Made by a program: the position numbers and the translations under genes
Assembly: GCA_965208325.1 (NCBI GenBank)
Contig: OZ242326.1
Span: 3,520,001-3,584,000 of the forward strand
Reading direction: 5' to 3'
DNA: 64,000 nucleotides
From: Candidatus Poribacteria bacterium
GTDB lineage: Bacteria > Poribacteria > WGA-4E > PCPOR2b
Notes under the pieces: generated by a model
What the model was told of the DNA's origin: nothing
What the model saw: only the letters and a program-made list of their open reading frames with translations
Database searches by the model: none
Part shown: positions 7,393 through 16,905 of the stretch, one piece after another
Layout: each line of letters starts with the position of its first letter
Position numbering within the stretch: position 1 is the stretch's first letter

Positions 7393-8553
7393 TCAGATTA
7401 TGGCGCTGTGGGCACGTAGATACTGCGCCACCTCAACACGGTCTTCGTGTTCTGCCCATGCAAGCGGGGATAGGTGATGAGCACCGTCTTTATTATTTAG
7501 GTTTGCACCTCGCTCTGCGAGAAGCATGACTATCGCGAGATGGCCCTTGAACGCCGCAAAGTGGACCGGCATCCACACTGCACCTAAGCCGGGCGGCATC
7601 GCATCTACTCGCGCGCCTCGTTCAAGCAGCAACGCGGCAACCTCCGCACGACCGTTCAAACTGGCAATACACAATGCTTCTTCGAGAATCTCTTGCGGTT
7701 CGTCCGACCGAGACTCCTCTTCAAACCAGCCGATGTCGCCGAGGTTCGGCCGATCAGATGCCGCCTCCGGCTTCAGGGTTCCATCTTCAGCAAAGTAAGA
7801 CTTTACCGAGTCAATGCCGCCGGCGCCCGCCGCCATCCAAAAGCTACACGGCGATATACCACGTTCAATCCAAAAATCGACAGCATCCCGATTCCCGTGC
7901 AACATGGCCGATTTTATCTGCCAAACGGCGGGCGATTCGTCCGAGCGTAACGCGCCGGTTTCGATGAGGAGTTGGACAGCTTTTAGATTGTTTGCCCAAA
8001 ACACTTTTTCCATTCGAGCCCCTGCTCCGATAAGGGCGCGCATTATGGGAAGTCGAGTGTCGGTGGAGATGCCTTCGATCGAGGCGGCGTATTCAAGAAG
8101 TGTGATATAGTCCTCAGATATCTCGGGCGCCTTTATCATCGCGTTGACAATGGAGGGGGCATGTTTTAACAGTTCTCTCAGTGTGTTTGAATCGCCTTTC
8201 CGGATGGTTTCAAACGCTGCACTCAAGGTTTCGTCAGTGCGCTCCGAAGGGTCGGCTCCGAGCATGATTGCACGCTCGATGAGTGCCTCCCAACTCGTAA
8301 ATCCTCTTTCACGCGCAATCACGAGTTGCGCCTCTTTTAATGACAGGTCCGAGGCGCGGACTTGTTCATATTTTGCACCCGCAAATCGCGGCAGGTATTC
8401 CCGAAGGCGGTGAGCAGCCCAACGCAAACCGGATTGATGCGCCTTCAATAGAATTCGCGCTAGTCTCTGGTAGTAGGCGCCGCCTTTCCCCCATCCCCAC
8501 AACATATGGTCGCGCGGATCTCGCGTGGCGTGCTCGATCGAGTTCGCAGTCAT
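7393..8553 (-). CDS. ankyrin-repeat protein
   Basis: N-terminal EAQLVIARERGFTSW motif; ankyrin repeats ALCIASLNGRAEVAALLLERGA and PVHFAAFKGHLAIVMLLAERGA. Confidence 0.85.
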   Translation of the reverse strand: MTANSIEHATRDPRDHMLWGWGKGGAYYQRLARILLKAHQSGLRWAAHRLREYLPRFAGAKYEQVRASDLSLKEAQLVIARERGFTSWEALIERAIMLGADPSERTDETLSAAFETIRKGDSNTLRELLKHAPSIVNAMIKAPEISEDYITLLEYAASIEGISTDTRLPIMRALIGAGARMEKVFWANNLKAVQLLIETGALRSDESPAVWQIKSAMLHGNRDAVDFWIERGISPCSFWMAAGAGGIDSVKSYFAEDGTLKPEAASDRPNLGDIGWFEEESRSDEPQEILEEALCIASLNGRAEVAALLLERGARVDAMPPGLGAVWMPVHFAAFKGHLAIVMLLAERGANLNNKDGAHHLSPLAWAEHEDRVEVAQYLRAHSAII

Positions 8554-8604
8554 TGATTAAAATTGCCCTCACAAATCTGACGGTGTGATTAACGGTTGGC
8601 TTAT

Positions 8605-8828
8605 TTCAATCTTCATTCCCATCCTTATCAAGGAGGAGATAGGGGGACCGTAGAATGCGTGTAACAATCATCCGGCCGAACAGGTTCAACTGAATAAATT
8701 GGGAAGCCGATAGTAAACCCTGTGCGATAGTTTACATGCCGCTCCCAAAATCGGCAATCTTATTCGGTTCATTCAATCTTCATTCCCCTCCTTGCCATGG
8801 AGGGGTTAGCGGAGGTCGCAGAATGCGT
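8605..8828. repeat. two diverged direct copies (8605-8660, 8772-8828) of a REP-like CCCTCCTT...GGAGGGG palindrome; third partial copy near 59720-59752
   Basis: ttcaatcttcattccc(a/c)tcctt....ggagg.g.tag.gg...cg.agaatgcgt in both copies. Confidence 0.75.
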
Positions 8829-8895
8829 TAAGCGTTCAACCGACCAAACAGCGAAGTCGATAGTCTTCACTAATCTTAGACGTTCCTACCCCATT

Positions 8896-10158
8896 TTATA
8901 AGATCTGCGGTAGTTTGCATTTTTTGGTTGGAGTAACTATTATTGCCACTGCAATGACAGTCCCGGCAACGCCGATTGGCCAGAACCCCCCGACTAAATC
9001 GACCGTCCAACCGAGCAACGGCGCAAGAACAACTGTCGCCGCCGATTTGGACTGCGATTCAATCGAAAGCACTGTTGCGGTCATATCCGGCGTGGAATGC
9101 GCGTTGAATCGGCTAATCAATACCGGACGCCAGAAATTTTCAAGAACTGCTAACGCCACGAAAAGTAAAATTATCGCGGGATACAAGCCGAACCACAGCG
9201 AAGGAATCAACATGGCGAACACAACGCCGTTAATCCACCACAAAAAACGCGCGGCACCGTCATCGCTGCCCCGCCAATCGGCAATTTTGTGCGAATTGCG
9301 AGAGGCGAGTGAAGACAGGAAATAGAGTGCAAAATAAACGGCCGCTACCAGTAACGCCGTGCGCTTTTCCGCATCAAATGCCAAAAGCAACGGTATTGCT
9401 ATCGCCGTCTGCTTGAGAATGGGTTGGAGATAGTCCTTGCATGCCTTGTACATGCCTTCAAACCCCATTGATTCGAGGTTCAGTCGCCGGAGCGGGGCGG
9501 ATTGGCGGAGCTGTTTCAGGGCTTTGCCGAGAAGGATGAATACCGCTTTGAGAGAAACCCGACTCTTTCGATCGCCATCCAGTTGTGCCGGATAGCCGAA
9601 AAAGTTAATGATATTCAAAGCGTATGGAATGATTGAGAACCAGAAGATGTCCGTAAAGTTGCCGCGGTAAAAGACCAACGCACCTGCAATTAGCACTGAG
9701 ATTGCAGATCCCATCTGCGACCACGAGCGGGTGTAGCCGTAAACCTTCGTTTTCTCGTCTGACCGCCCTTCAATCCGCAGCCAATCAAAAATTATCGCCT
9801 TATGCGTTCCGCTGCGAAACGCCTCGCCTAAGCCGAAGAAAAACATTCCGCCGAATAACGGTGCGAGCGAGTTGCTCAACGCAAACGTCACAAAGGACAT
9901 GATGTATGCAGAGAATGCGAAAATCATTGCGCGGCGGCGGCCGTAGAGGTCCGCTGCTGCGCCAGACGGCACTTCAAACACATTGGATACGACCTCACGA
10001 AACCCAATCAAGATGCCAATCTGAAAAAATGAGAACCCCTTCTCGCGAAATGCGAGAATCAGGAACGGGTCATAGTAGCGTTGATTCTTGAGCGCACCGT
10101 AAAGTGAAAAACGAAACAACATCGGCATCCGCATGGCAATCTTTCCTTGTGTGAACAA
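8896..10158 (-). CDS. MFS transporter
   Basis: FEVPSGAAADLYGRR motif A, GLGEAFRSGT, multiple TM helices. Confidence 0.9.
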   Translation of the reverse strand: MFTQGKIAMRMPMLFRFSLYGALKNQRYYDPFLILAFREKGFSFFQIGILIGFREVVSNVFEVPSGAAADLYGRRRAMIFAFSAYIMSFVTFALSNSLAPLFGGMFFFGLGEAFRSGTHKAIIFDWLRIEGRSDEKTKVYGYTRSWSQMGSAISVLIAGALVFYRGNFTDIFWFSIIPYALNIINFFGYPAQLDGDRKSRVSLKAVFILLGKALKQLRQSAPLRRLNLESMGFEGMYKACKDYLQPILKQTAIAIPLLLAFDAEKRTALLVAAVYFALYFLSSLASRNSHKIADWRGSDDGAARFLWWINGVVFAMLIPSLWFGLYPAIILLFVALAVLENFWRPVLISRFNAHSTPDMTATVLSIESQSKSAATVVLAPLLGWTVDLVGGFWPIGVAGTVIAVAIIVTPTKKCKLPQIL

Positions 10159-10660
10159 TCAAATCCTATGTCCAACCCGCGTCCCTGTTTATATATTATA
10201 ACGTGAGTTTGACCGCAAGCAAACGCAAGTTTTTATTGCCTGAATCGCAAATTGCAGCCATCTACATGCATTCAAATATTCTCCCTATAAAGTTATAGTT
10301 ACCCACAGGTCCAAAAAAGTGAGGATGATTGTAAACGGCGCGCGATGGTCAGATGCCTCTTCCACAGTGGGTAATCATTTTCGGTTCGTTCAAATTTCAT
10401 TCCCCCCGTACATGCTGCATACGCTTGGAACAATTTCCGAATCGCGGCATGATATATACATGTATACTATGAATGTATTAAGTTGTCTAGAGTTCCTTGG
10501 CTCCCATTTCCCCATGATCTCCCGATTGAAATATTCTCATCCTTGTCATCCTCATCGCTATCCCTCGGCGCGGCCGGCGCATTTAAGCCATTGGTATCCG
10601 TTCTCTACCCATGTGACTTCGACGCCAACCTTGAACGCTCTAGACCTTCAAGAAACCGTG

Positions 10661-10795
10661 AAATTTCACAGTAAGGATGTCCGGTTAATGAGAAAACGAC
10701 TGATAGAAATGCAGTCCCAGACTGGATTTAACGCCTCCAAAATCATGTTTCAATGTCCGGTTCCAAGTCAATTTACTGTGAAAACTGTGAAATTT
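10661..10795. repeat. ~135 bp MITE-like element with terminal inverted repeats; inverted homologue at 58321-58448
   Basis: AAATTTCACAGT (10661-10672) and ACTGTGAAATTT (10784-10795); internal cagtcccagactg hairpin shared with the 58.3 kb copy. Confidence 0.7.
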
Positions 10796-11253
10796 AAAAT
10801 TGCCGTTCAATGAGTTTTTCCATGCCAATCCGCGTTTGCGCAACCATGTTCTCCTATGCGTCTCGGAGTATATGAATGATGCGCAGATTCGTTTGGCACG
10901 AGAATCATTGAGTGAAGCAGGACGGAACAAATTATCTAGGGCGAAGGCGAAATCTCGCATCAGAACGGGATTCCGTTCAAAGGTAGGGTTGTACAGTTCT
11001 GAGTTGGGCGCTCAATGGCATGAAATTGTCAATGTGGGGCGTAAGAACGTCAGTCACGTATGATGTCCCGCCCGTTTTATGCCGCAAAATAAAGCCAAAA
11101 CTTAATCGGTTTGTTGTGAATCACTGTGAAACCTTTTGAATTGGTAATAATCGGAGTTACCGCTTTTACTCATTACGCATTAGGCAATACTCAACACCCT
11201 TTTCGCATTACTCCTGCGAGCACTTTTAGGTTTTTCAAAAACGTGTTTGCGGC

Positions 11254-13089
11254 TCAATTGAGTCCTCCACCAACCCCCGTCTGTTCTAACCTATGAATAC
11301 CCGTTATCCACTCACGCCGCATTTGCGGGGAATAATCTTCAGGAAGCAATGACTTTATAGTGCAATTCGTTAGGGCTTGCAGCGTTTGATATTGCCTGAC
11401 AGGTCCGATATTCGGGAGAATGCGATCGTCCGCGATTTCAAGAATTTGCTCGATCGATAGCGAACCGTCTTTGGCGGCTGCGCTAAGGTCGGAACGGAGT
11501 GAAGCGAAACTTGCCGCGGAATAGCCTTTTGTAGCTTGGAACAACTTATCCATGAACGAATCTCCAATTGTTTCGTTGATAATGTCCCGCACTGTCCACC
11601 TGATAAACGCTTCCCGATCCCTGCCTTCAGGATCAAGCACCGGTATAATCATGTCGCCGACTCTTCCCTCTCGCCGCAAGTCCGGTGATAGATTGTAAAT
11701 CCTAGCGGTCATCAGCAGCCACGTAATGTTGCCCTTGAGTTGGGGGTCTGACATCATCGCCTGTATCCTTCCTGTCAGTCGCCGTTCGGTGGCATGTGAT
11801 TCTCGTCCGACTTCACCGAATTGCGTGTCCGCCTCATCCACGAAAATCATGACTTTAACCAGCGCCGCCAATAAACGCCGGAGACGTTCAAAGATGACAT
11901 CCGTTTGCCCAAACCACATACTCCTGATGTTTTTTAAAACTAAAACAGGAATATCCAAGTCGCCCGCAAGGCCCTCGAAAATAAACGTCTTCCCGCTTCC
12001 AATCGGACCGCAAACCGCCGCGCCCGAGATTGCATCCGCTCCAGTTGACGTGATGCGAGGTAACAGTTTGGTCTGAATAAAGGAGACCAACCGCTCATTT
12101 CCGATCACTGCTTTCAAGCCGTGTGCCGGTTTTTTAAATTCGACGACATCTTCACCCAACTGTCCCTCAATAAAGTCGGAAACTTTCTCTATGACATCGC
12201 CCGGCTGAATTTTATTTCCTGAGTAGAGCCCCATTATCAGAAGTTGCCGCAGCGCATGGATGGAAATCCCGGCCGTCAGTATAGCAAGTTGTTCCTGTGT
12301 TCCCCAGAGTTGCAACCGCTTCTCTTTAGGTTTTTGGAGCCGATTGAACCAAAAAATGAAATGTCGTCGTTCTTCAACGCCGGGCGACGGGATTTCAACG
12401 GTCGCGATTTGAGGTAACCGGGTGATTCTGGAGTTCAACAAGCTTTTGGATTCCGCGATAAACATAACCGTGTCATCCCCATTCATGAAATCAGGGTCAA
12501 GAATCCAATCTTGGACAATGCTGACTCGATGCCTATCCGCTTGGGACAGACTCTGAATTTCACCCACTGGAAGCAACATGTCAGCCGCTTCAATTATTAT
12601 CACTAGCCTTTCTCTCAACAAATTATCGCCAAGTGACTCAACTGATCGCGAGAGTAAACACAATTGCCGGAGGAATTCCAGGGCGACCGTTGGGTGTCCT
12701 ATCGAACCATTCAGATGTGCGTCAAATTGCTCCTCCGCGGATTTCACCGGTTTATCTGGGATGAGATAGTCAAAGGTGTTTCTGGAGAGAGGGTTTTGAT
12801 CTGAATCTTGCCGCCACAATCCGAAGGATTTTTTCAGTTTTTCCCTGTCGCTGACTCTCAAAAACCTGATTGGGCCATTGAGTTCATAAACCATGAGGAT
12901 AAAACCTGCCACATCCCAGCTCTTCGTCAAAAATGAAACTAGTGGAACATAGTCTCCCTCGTCTTTGGCTTCAGCGCAATAGAATAGATCGTGGATGTTT
13001 CCTGCAAGGATAAGCGTTCTCGACGTTCCTGCGTTGATTATTGTTCCCGTTTGAGATAGAAACTCATATTTCGGCTTTTTGACGGCTAT
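11254..13089 (-). CDS. AAA+ ATPase with degenerate first and intact second AAA module; probable ATA start
   Basis: Walker A GPIGSGKT, pore loop SMWFGQ, Walker B IFVDEAD, Arg finger LRREGR. Frame is open 53 codons upstream of the tracked TTG, to GGAGG-N9-ATA at 13089. Confidence 0.85.
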   Translation of the reverse strand: MAVKKPKYEFLSQTGTIINAGTSRTLILAGNIHDLFYCAEAKDEGDYVPLVSFLTKSWDVAGFILMVYELNGPIRFLRVSDREKLKKSFGLWRQDSDQNPLSRNTFDYLIPDKPVKSAEEQFDAHLNGSIGHPTVALEFLRQLCLLSRSVESLGDNLLRERLVIIIEAADMLLPVGEIQSLSQADRHRVSIVQDWILDPDFMNGDDTVMFIAESKSLLNSRITRLPQIATVEIPSPGVEERRHFIFWFNRLQKPKEKRLQLWGTQEQLAILTAGISIHALRQLLIMGLYSGNKIQPGDVIEKVSDFIEGQLGEDVVEFKKPAHGLKAVIGNERLVSFIQTKLLPRITSTGADAISGAAVCGPIGSGKTFIFEGLAGDLDIPVLVLKNIRSMWFGQTDVIFERLRRLLAALVKVMIFVDEADTQFGEVGRESHATERRLTGRIQAMMSDPQLKGNITWLLMTARIYNLSPDLRREGRVGDMIIPVLDPEGRDREAFIRWTVRDIINETIGDSFMDKLFQATKGYSAASFASLRSDLSAAAKDGSLSIEQILEIADDRILPNIGPVRQYQTLQALTNCTIKSLLPEDYSPQMRREWITGIHRLEQTGVGGGLN

Positions 13090-13147
13090 TTTTCGACACC
13101 TCCGTCTCTTTTTACTATACGGCGTCTGCCAAAAGAAACTCTAAAAT

Positions 13148-13960
13148 CTAAAACGTAAAGTTGAGTCCATTGACGATTTCCAAGTCATGCTTCTTGACAT
13201 TAGCGGGCGGTTCATTGTCGTAACGGAAACCCAACCATGTCGTAAATCCAAGCTTCTTGGTCAATCGAAATCCGATGCTTCCCTCAAATAGAATCCGGTA
13301 ATCGGAGAAGCTTGCCGGCTGAAACTGATAGTAGCCCGTTGCAGCGGAGGTTAGCCGTTCATCAATCCGCCAGGTCCATGTAACGTAATTGGTCGAACGG
13401 ATAATGTTTGATTCGATTTTTGCTTCGCTTGTGTCATCATTGATGACCTCGTCTTCCCACATTAGACCGATGCCGATATACGGGTTAAACGCCCTATGGC
13501 TTTTCGATTTGGTTACTTCCCTCAACGGCGAAATTCGAAATCCGCCGCCAACTAAATTACGGTCCTGCAACCGGATGAAATCGTTGAATTGCTTTTGAGC
13601 GAAGGTCTCAACCGCTGCATTTTGACTGAGGGATCGAATACCGCGCAAGTGAATCAGACCCTTGTCAATAAACGATTTGCTGTCCTTGTTTCCTTGATGG
13701 AGGTTTGCCAAAATGAATAGATGGTAATTTTCAGCTAGAAAATCCGAACGGAATCGGGTTTTCAGTGTCAGCAAATCCGTATTGCCAGCATGAGCCGTGA
13801 GATTAAAGGCGATTTTGTTATACCAGCCGTGCCCCAATTCCATTTGTTGTGAGGTTTCGGCGTCGAAGATATTGACTTGGGCTGATGTGGACCTGCAAAG
13901 CGACAATGAACATGCAAAGTATAGCGCACATTCAACTAAAATGACTGCACGTAACCTCAT
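13148..13960 (-). CDS. DUF481-like outer-membrane beta-barrel protein
   Basis: Signal peptide, GNTD..., R.LVGGGFR, YDNEPP, terminal aromatic residue (LNFTF). Confidence 0.7.
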   Translation of the reverse strand: MRLRAVILVECALYFACSLSLCRSTSAQVNIFDAETSQQMELGHGWYNKIAFNLTAHAGNTDLLTLKTRFRSDFLAENYHLFILANLHQGNKDSKSFIDKGLIHLRGIRSLSQNAAVETFAQKQFNDFIRLQDRNLVGGGFRISPLREVTKSKSHRAFNPYIGIGLMWEDEVINDDTSEAKIESNIIRSTNYVTWTWRIDERLTSAATGYYQFQPASFSDYRILFEGSIGFRLTKKLGFTTWLGFRYDNEPPANVKKHDLEIVNGLNFTF

Positions 13961-14031
13961 GCTTTCCTATTCCTCAATGCGTCCTTGTAACTAGATAAAT
14001 GTCGAAGACGCAATATTTACGGATTGTGTCA

Positions 14032-14859
14032 TTAGACAGGAAGCTTCGATTCCGTATCAGCCGAGGATTTTCGATCTTCTGCTTGATCGGTTTGTTGCGC
14101 CCCAAAAATCAACTCGTCAAATTCGTTGGTCCCCGTCGATTCTCTGGCCGCTGCAAGATATGTTTCCTCCTCGGTGCGAGAGTCGGTGCCGGCTAATTCT
14201 TGAGCAACGTGCGCTCTGCTTTTCGCCTTTTGCCGAACATCCCGCATCCTTGCAAGTTCCGCTGATGTGCCGTCGGTACTGATGCCGGATAGCATATCGG
14301 CAATTTGTTCTTGCTCTCTCGCGGTAATTAAATCGGCGACAGCTTCCGCCTGTTCCTGCTTGATTTTGTCCAAATCTCGATGTAATGCACTGATTTGCGT
14401 CATATGCCCGCTAATGTCCTCTTGAGCGCTTTCGATGTCGGCCTCAAGCTCTTGGATTCGCGCATTTTTTTCTTCCAGCGTTGAATTAAAATCGTTGTAA
14501 GCATCAACACAACGCGTGTACTCAGGATTTTGTTTGATTGAGTCCTGTGCCTGCCCCTGCTTCTGAAGATCTTCGGCTATTCGCTTTGCCTTCGCTAAAG
14601 CCCCGGTTTTGAGTCGTTCGAGCCTATCTACATCGTCGGTAAGGTTTTGAACAGTTCCCTCTTTACGCTTAACTAGCGACATCAGTTGACCAATTGCCGA
14701 CTTGTAACGCTGGACATTCGCTTTTTTATCCGCGATAATTTTTTCATACGCCCCTCTGATAGCTTCAGGGTTTTCCATCACCCTATCGGAAAGCTCGTGG
14801 GCTCTGCCTGTAAGCGCATACCACATAGATTTGAAAAGTCTTCCGATTCCACTCGCCAT
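14032..14859 (-). CDS. PspA/IM30 (Vipp1/ESCRT-III-like) coiled-coil protein
   Basis: Amphipathic N-terminus GIGRLFKSMW, ENPE motif, long heptad coiled coils; AAGGAG SD. Confidence 0.7.
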   Translation of the reverse strand: MASGIGRLFKSMWYALTGRAHELSDRVMENPEAIRGAYEKIIADKKANVQRYKSAIGQLMSLVKRKEGTVQNLTDDVDRLERLKTGALAKAKRIAEDLQKQGQAQDSIKQNPEYTRCVDAYNDFNSTLEEKNARIQELEADIESAQEDISGHMTQISALHRDLDKIKQEQAEAVADLITAREQEQIADMLSGISTDGTSAELARMRDVRQKAKSRAHVAQELAGTDSRTEEETYLAAARESTGTNEFDELIFGAQQTDQAEDRKSSADTESKLPV

Positions 14860-15502
14860 TTTGCATTCTCCTTCTATCCATGATTAAAGGTTAAACTTTT
14901 AATAGCAATTCAAGTTACCAGCCAAGACGCGAAACTTCAATTGGTACGTTTATGGCCACCCCAATACTCCATGGATACCTGTTATTGCAAGACATTGTAC
15001 AATATTTGGTTAAGTTTTACAATTGGAATTCCATGTTGACCAGGACCATCTCTTCAGAAAAAAGGATTGTAATCTAGAGCCTAGCAACCTCTCCCTTTTG
15101 CGTGTAGGGACTGAAAAAACGGGTCAAATTCTTTGATTGCGGAGCCAATATGGATGGGTAATGTGTTATAATTCACCTCATACTGGCCCATGGAAGCCGA
15201 AGATGATTATTGAAAAGCCTTTATCGACAGCGGATGCGCGGAATCATGGCGACGCGATTCCGGTGTGTGCGGGGCCTTACCACATGAATGAAAAGCGCAT
15301 GTGGCGTTTGGGCAGAAACACTGAAACTAGGGGATTCGCTTGCGGGCTGGTAAACAAGTTTTTATGTCAAGCGAACAAAACTGAGAAGGGCATCGTTTAA
15401 ATGGAAATTGGATGTCTAGCACTGTTTGGGCGATGCTTGAAACCTCTGCTATACCAATGATAACCGTCTTAAGATTTATTTTTTTCGCAGGAGTAGCGGC
15501 CA

Positions 15503-16681
15503 ATAAGACGACGTGATTTCTTCAAACTCATACCATTCGGCATTTCCACCTACTGGTTGTCCGGGTGTTCAGAATCGGAAAATCTGCTGAGCGATGCCAT
15601 TGACGACAAAAAAATTTCCCTTGGCCCGCTTCGTGCTGAAACGCTTGTATCCGGCCTGGATACACCGTGGGATATCGCATGGGGACCGGACGACTTCATC
15701 TGGATGACCGAACGTAGGGGAAGAATTTATCGCGTTAATCCCGCCAACGGTCAGGTTGCACGAGTTGCCCAAGTCGATGTGGTTGAGGTCGGCGAAAGCG
15801 GATTAATGGGTATAGCCTTCCACCCCGACTTTGATACGCAACCCTTCGTCTACTTCGCCCATTCCTTTGGCGCACGGAATGCGATTCGGAATCGGCTGGT
15901 AAGGATGCGTTTCGATGGCATTTCGCTCGGCAACCCAGAAACTCTGATGGACAATATCCCCGGCGCCACCTTTCACAACGGTTCACGCCTTGCCGTGGGA
16001 CGAGATCGTTTGCTCTACATGACAACAGGTGATGCCGGAAATCCGGCTTTATCTCAAAACCTCAACTCTGTTGCTGGGAAGGTGCTTCGCCTTACGTTGG
16101 ACGGTCAACCGGCGCCGGGCAACCCGTTTGGCACAACCATATATTCTTACGGGCACCGTAATGCGCAAGGATTGGTCTTTCACCCTGAGACAGACGACCT
16201 TTATCTGACGGAACACGGTCCATTTGACAATGACGAGGTTAACCGCGTGGAGATTGGTCGAAACTATGGGTGGCCAGATGTTAGCGGATTTTGCGACGAT
16301 GATGTTCGCGGGGAAGGCAACTTCTGCGATAGAAACAACGTCGCCGAGCCCGTCGCGGCTTGGACGCCCACAATCGCTCCTGGAGGGGCGGATTTCTACA
16401 ATGCCGATCTCATCTCCGGCTGGAAAGGTAGTCTTCTCTTCACCACGCTCAAGGGTTCGGCGCTAATCAGGCTAACGCTTTCCACAGACGGAGATAGGGT
16501 GGTTGGCGAGGAATTCCTTTTTCAGCACGAGTTTGGACGGCTGCGTGATGTACTGGCAGCACCCAACGGTCCGATATACCTTGCAACGAGCAACCGCGAC
16601 GGCCGGGGCAGACCTGCTGCAGATGATGACCGTATCTTGCGAATTGAACCGGAGTTGATTGTAGCCGAAAATGGGCAGTGA
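15503..16681 (+). CDS. PQQ-dependent soluble aldose sugar dehydrogenase (GSDH/YliI-like) lipoprotein with Tat-like signal; probable ATA start
   Basis: GLDTPWDIAW, GLMGIAFHPDF, HNGSRL, YGHRNAQG, GRNYGWP, GRLRDV. Upstream in-frame extension I-RRRDFFK...LSGC follows AGGAG. Confidence 0.85.
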   Translation: MRRRDFFKLIPFGISTYWLSGCSESENLLSDAIDDKKISLGPLRAETLVSGLDTPWDIAWGPDDFIWMTERRGRIYRVNPANGQVARVAQVDVVEVGESGLMGIAFHPDFDTQPFVYFAHSFGARNAIRNRLVRMRFDGISLGNPETLMDNIPGATFHNGSRLAVGRDRLLYMTTGDAGNPALSQNLNSVAGKVLRLTLDGQPAPGNPFGTTIYSYGHRNAQGLVFHPETDDLYLTEHGPFDNDEVNRVEIGRNYGWPDVSGFCDDDVRGEGNFCDRNNVAEPVAAWTPTIAPGGADFYNADLISGWKGSLLFTTLKGSALIRLTLSTDGDRVVGEEFLFQHEFGRLRDVLAAPNGPIYLATSNRDGRGRPAADDDRILRIEPELIVAENGQ

Positions 16682-16905
16682 TAAGCGTTTGCCAATTCGC
16701 CCGGTCTGGATTTGGTATTCTAGACGCGCTGCGTCGAATTAAATCGTTCGGATTTATCTTAATCTAGCAGCATCATCCCGAAATTAGCAGCCAGATTGCG
16801 GGATGACGCTCCTAGTGCGCACTGAACGATTTTCAATCGGCTGATTCGCAACTCCGTTCAGCTACAATTTGATTGGCATTTGCAGTTTCATCAGTAATCG
16901 GAAGA

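Noticed and set aside
1..8600. Prophage or mobile-element origin of the RNAP-like gene
   Set aside because: No integrase, transposase, capsid or replication gene is visible in the window; sequence left of the window is unseen
10319..11063. ORFs of 164, 91 and 87 aa
   Set aside because: No recognisable motifs; they overlap the dispersed repeat and are probably spurious or remnants
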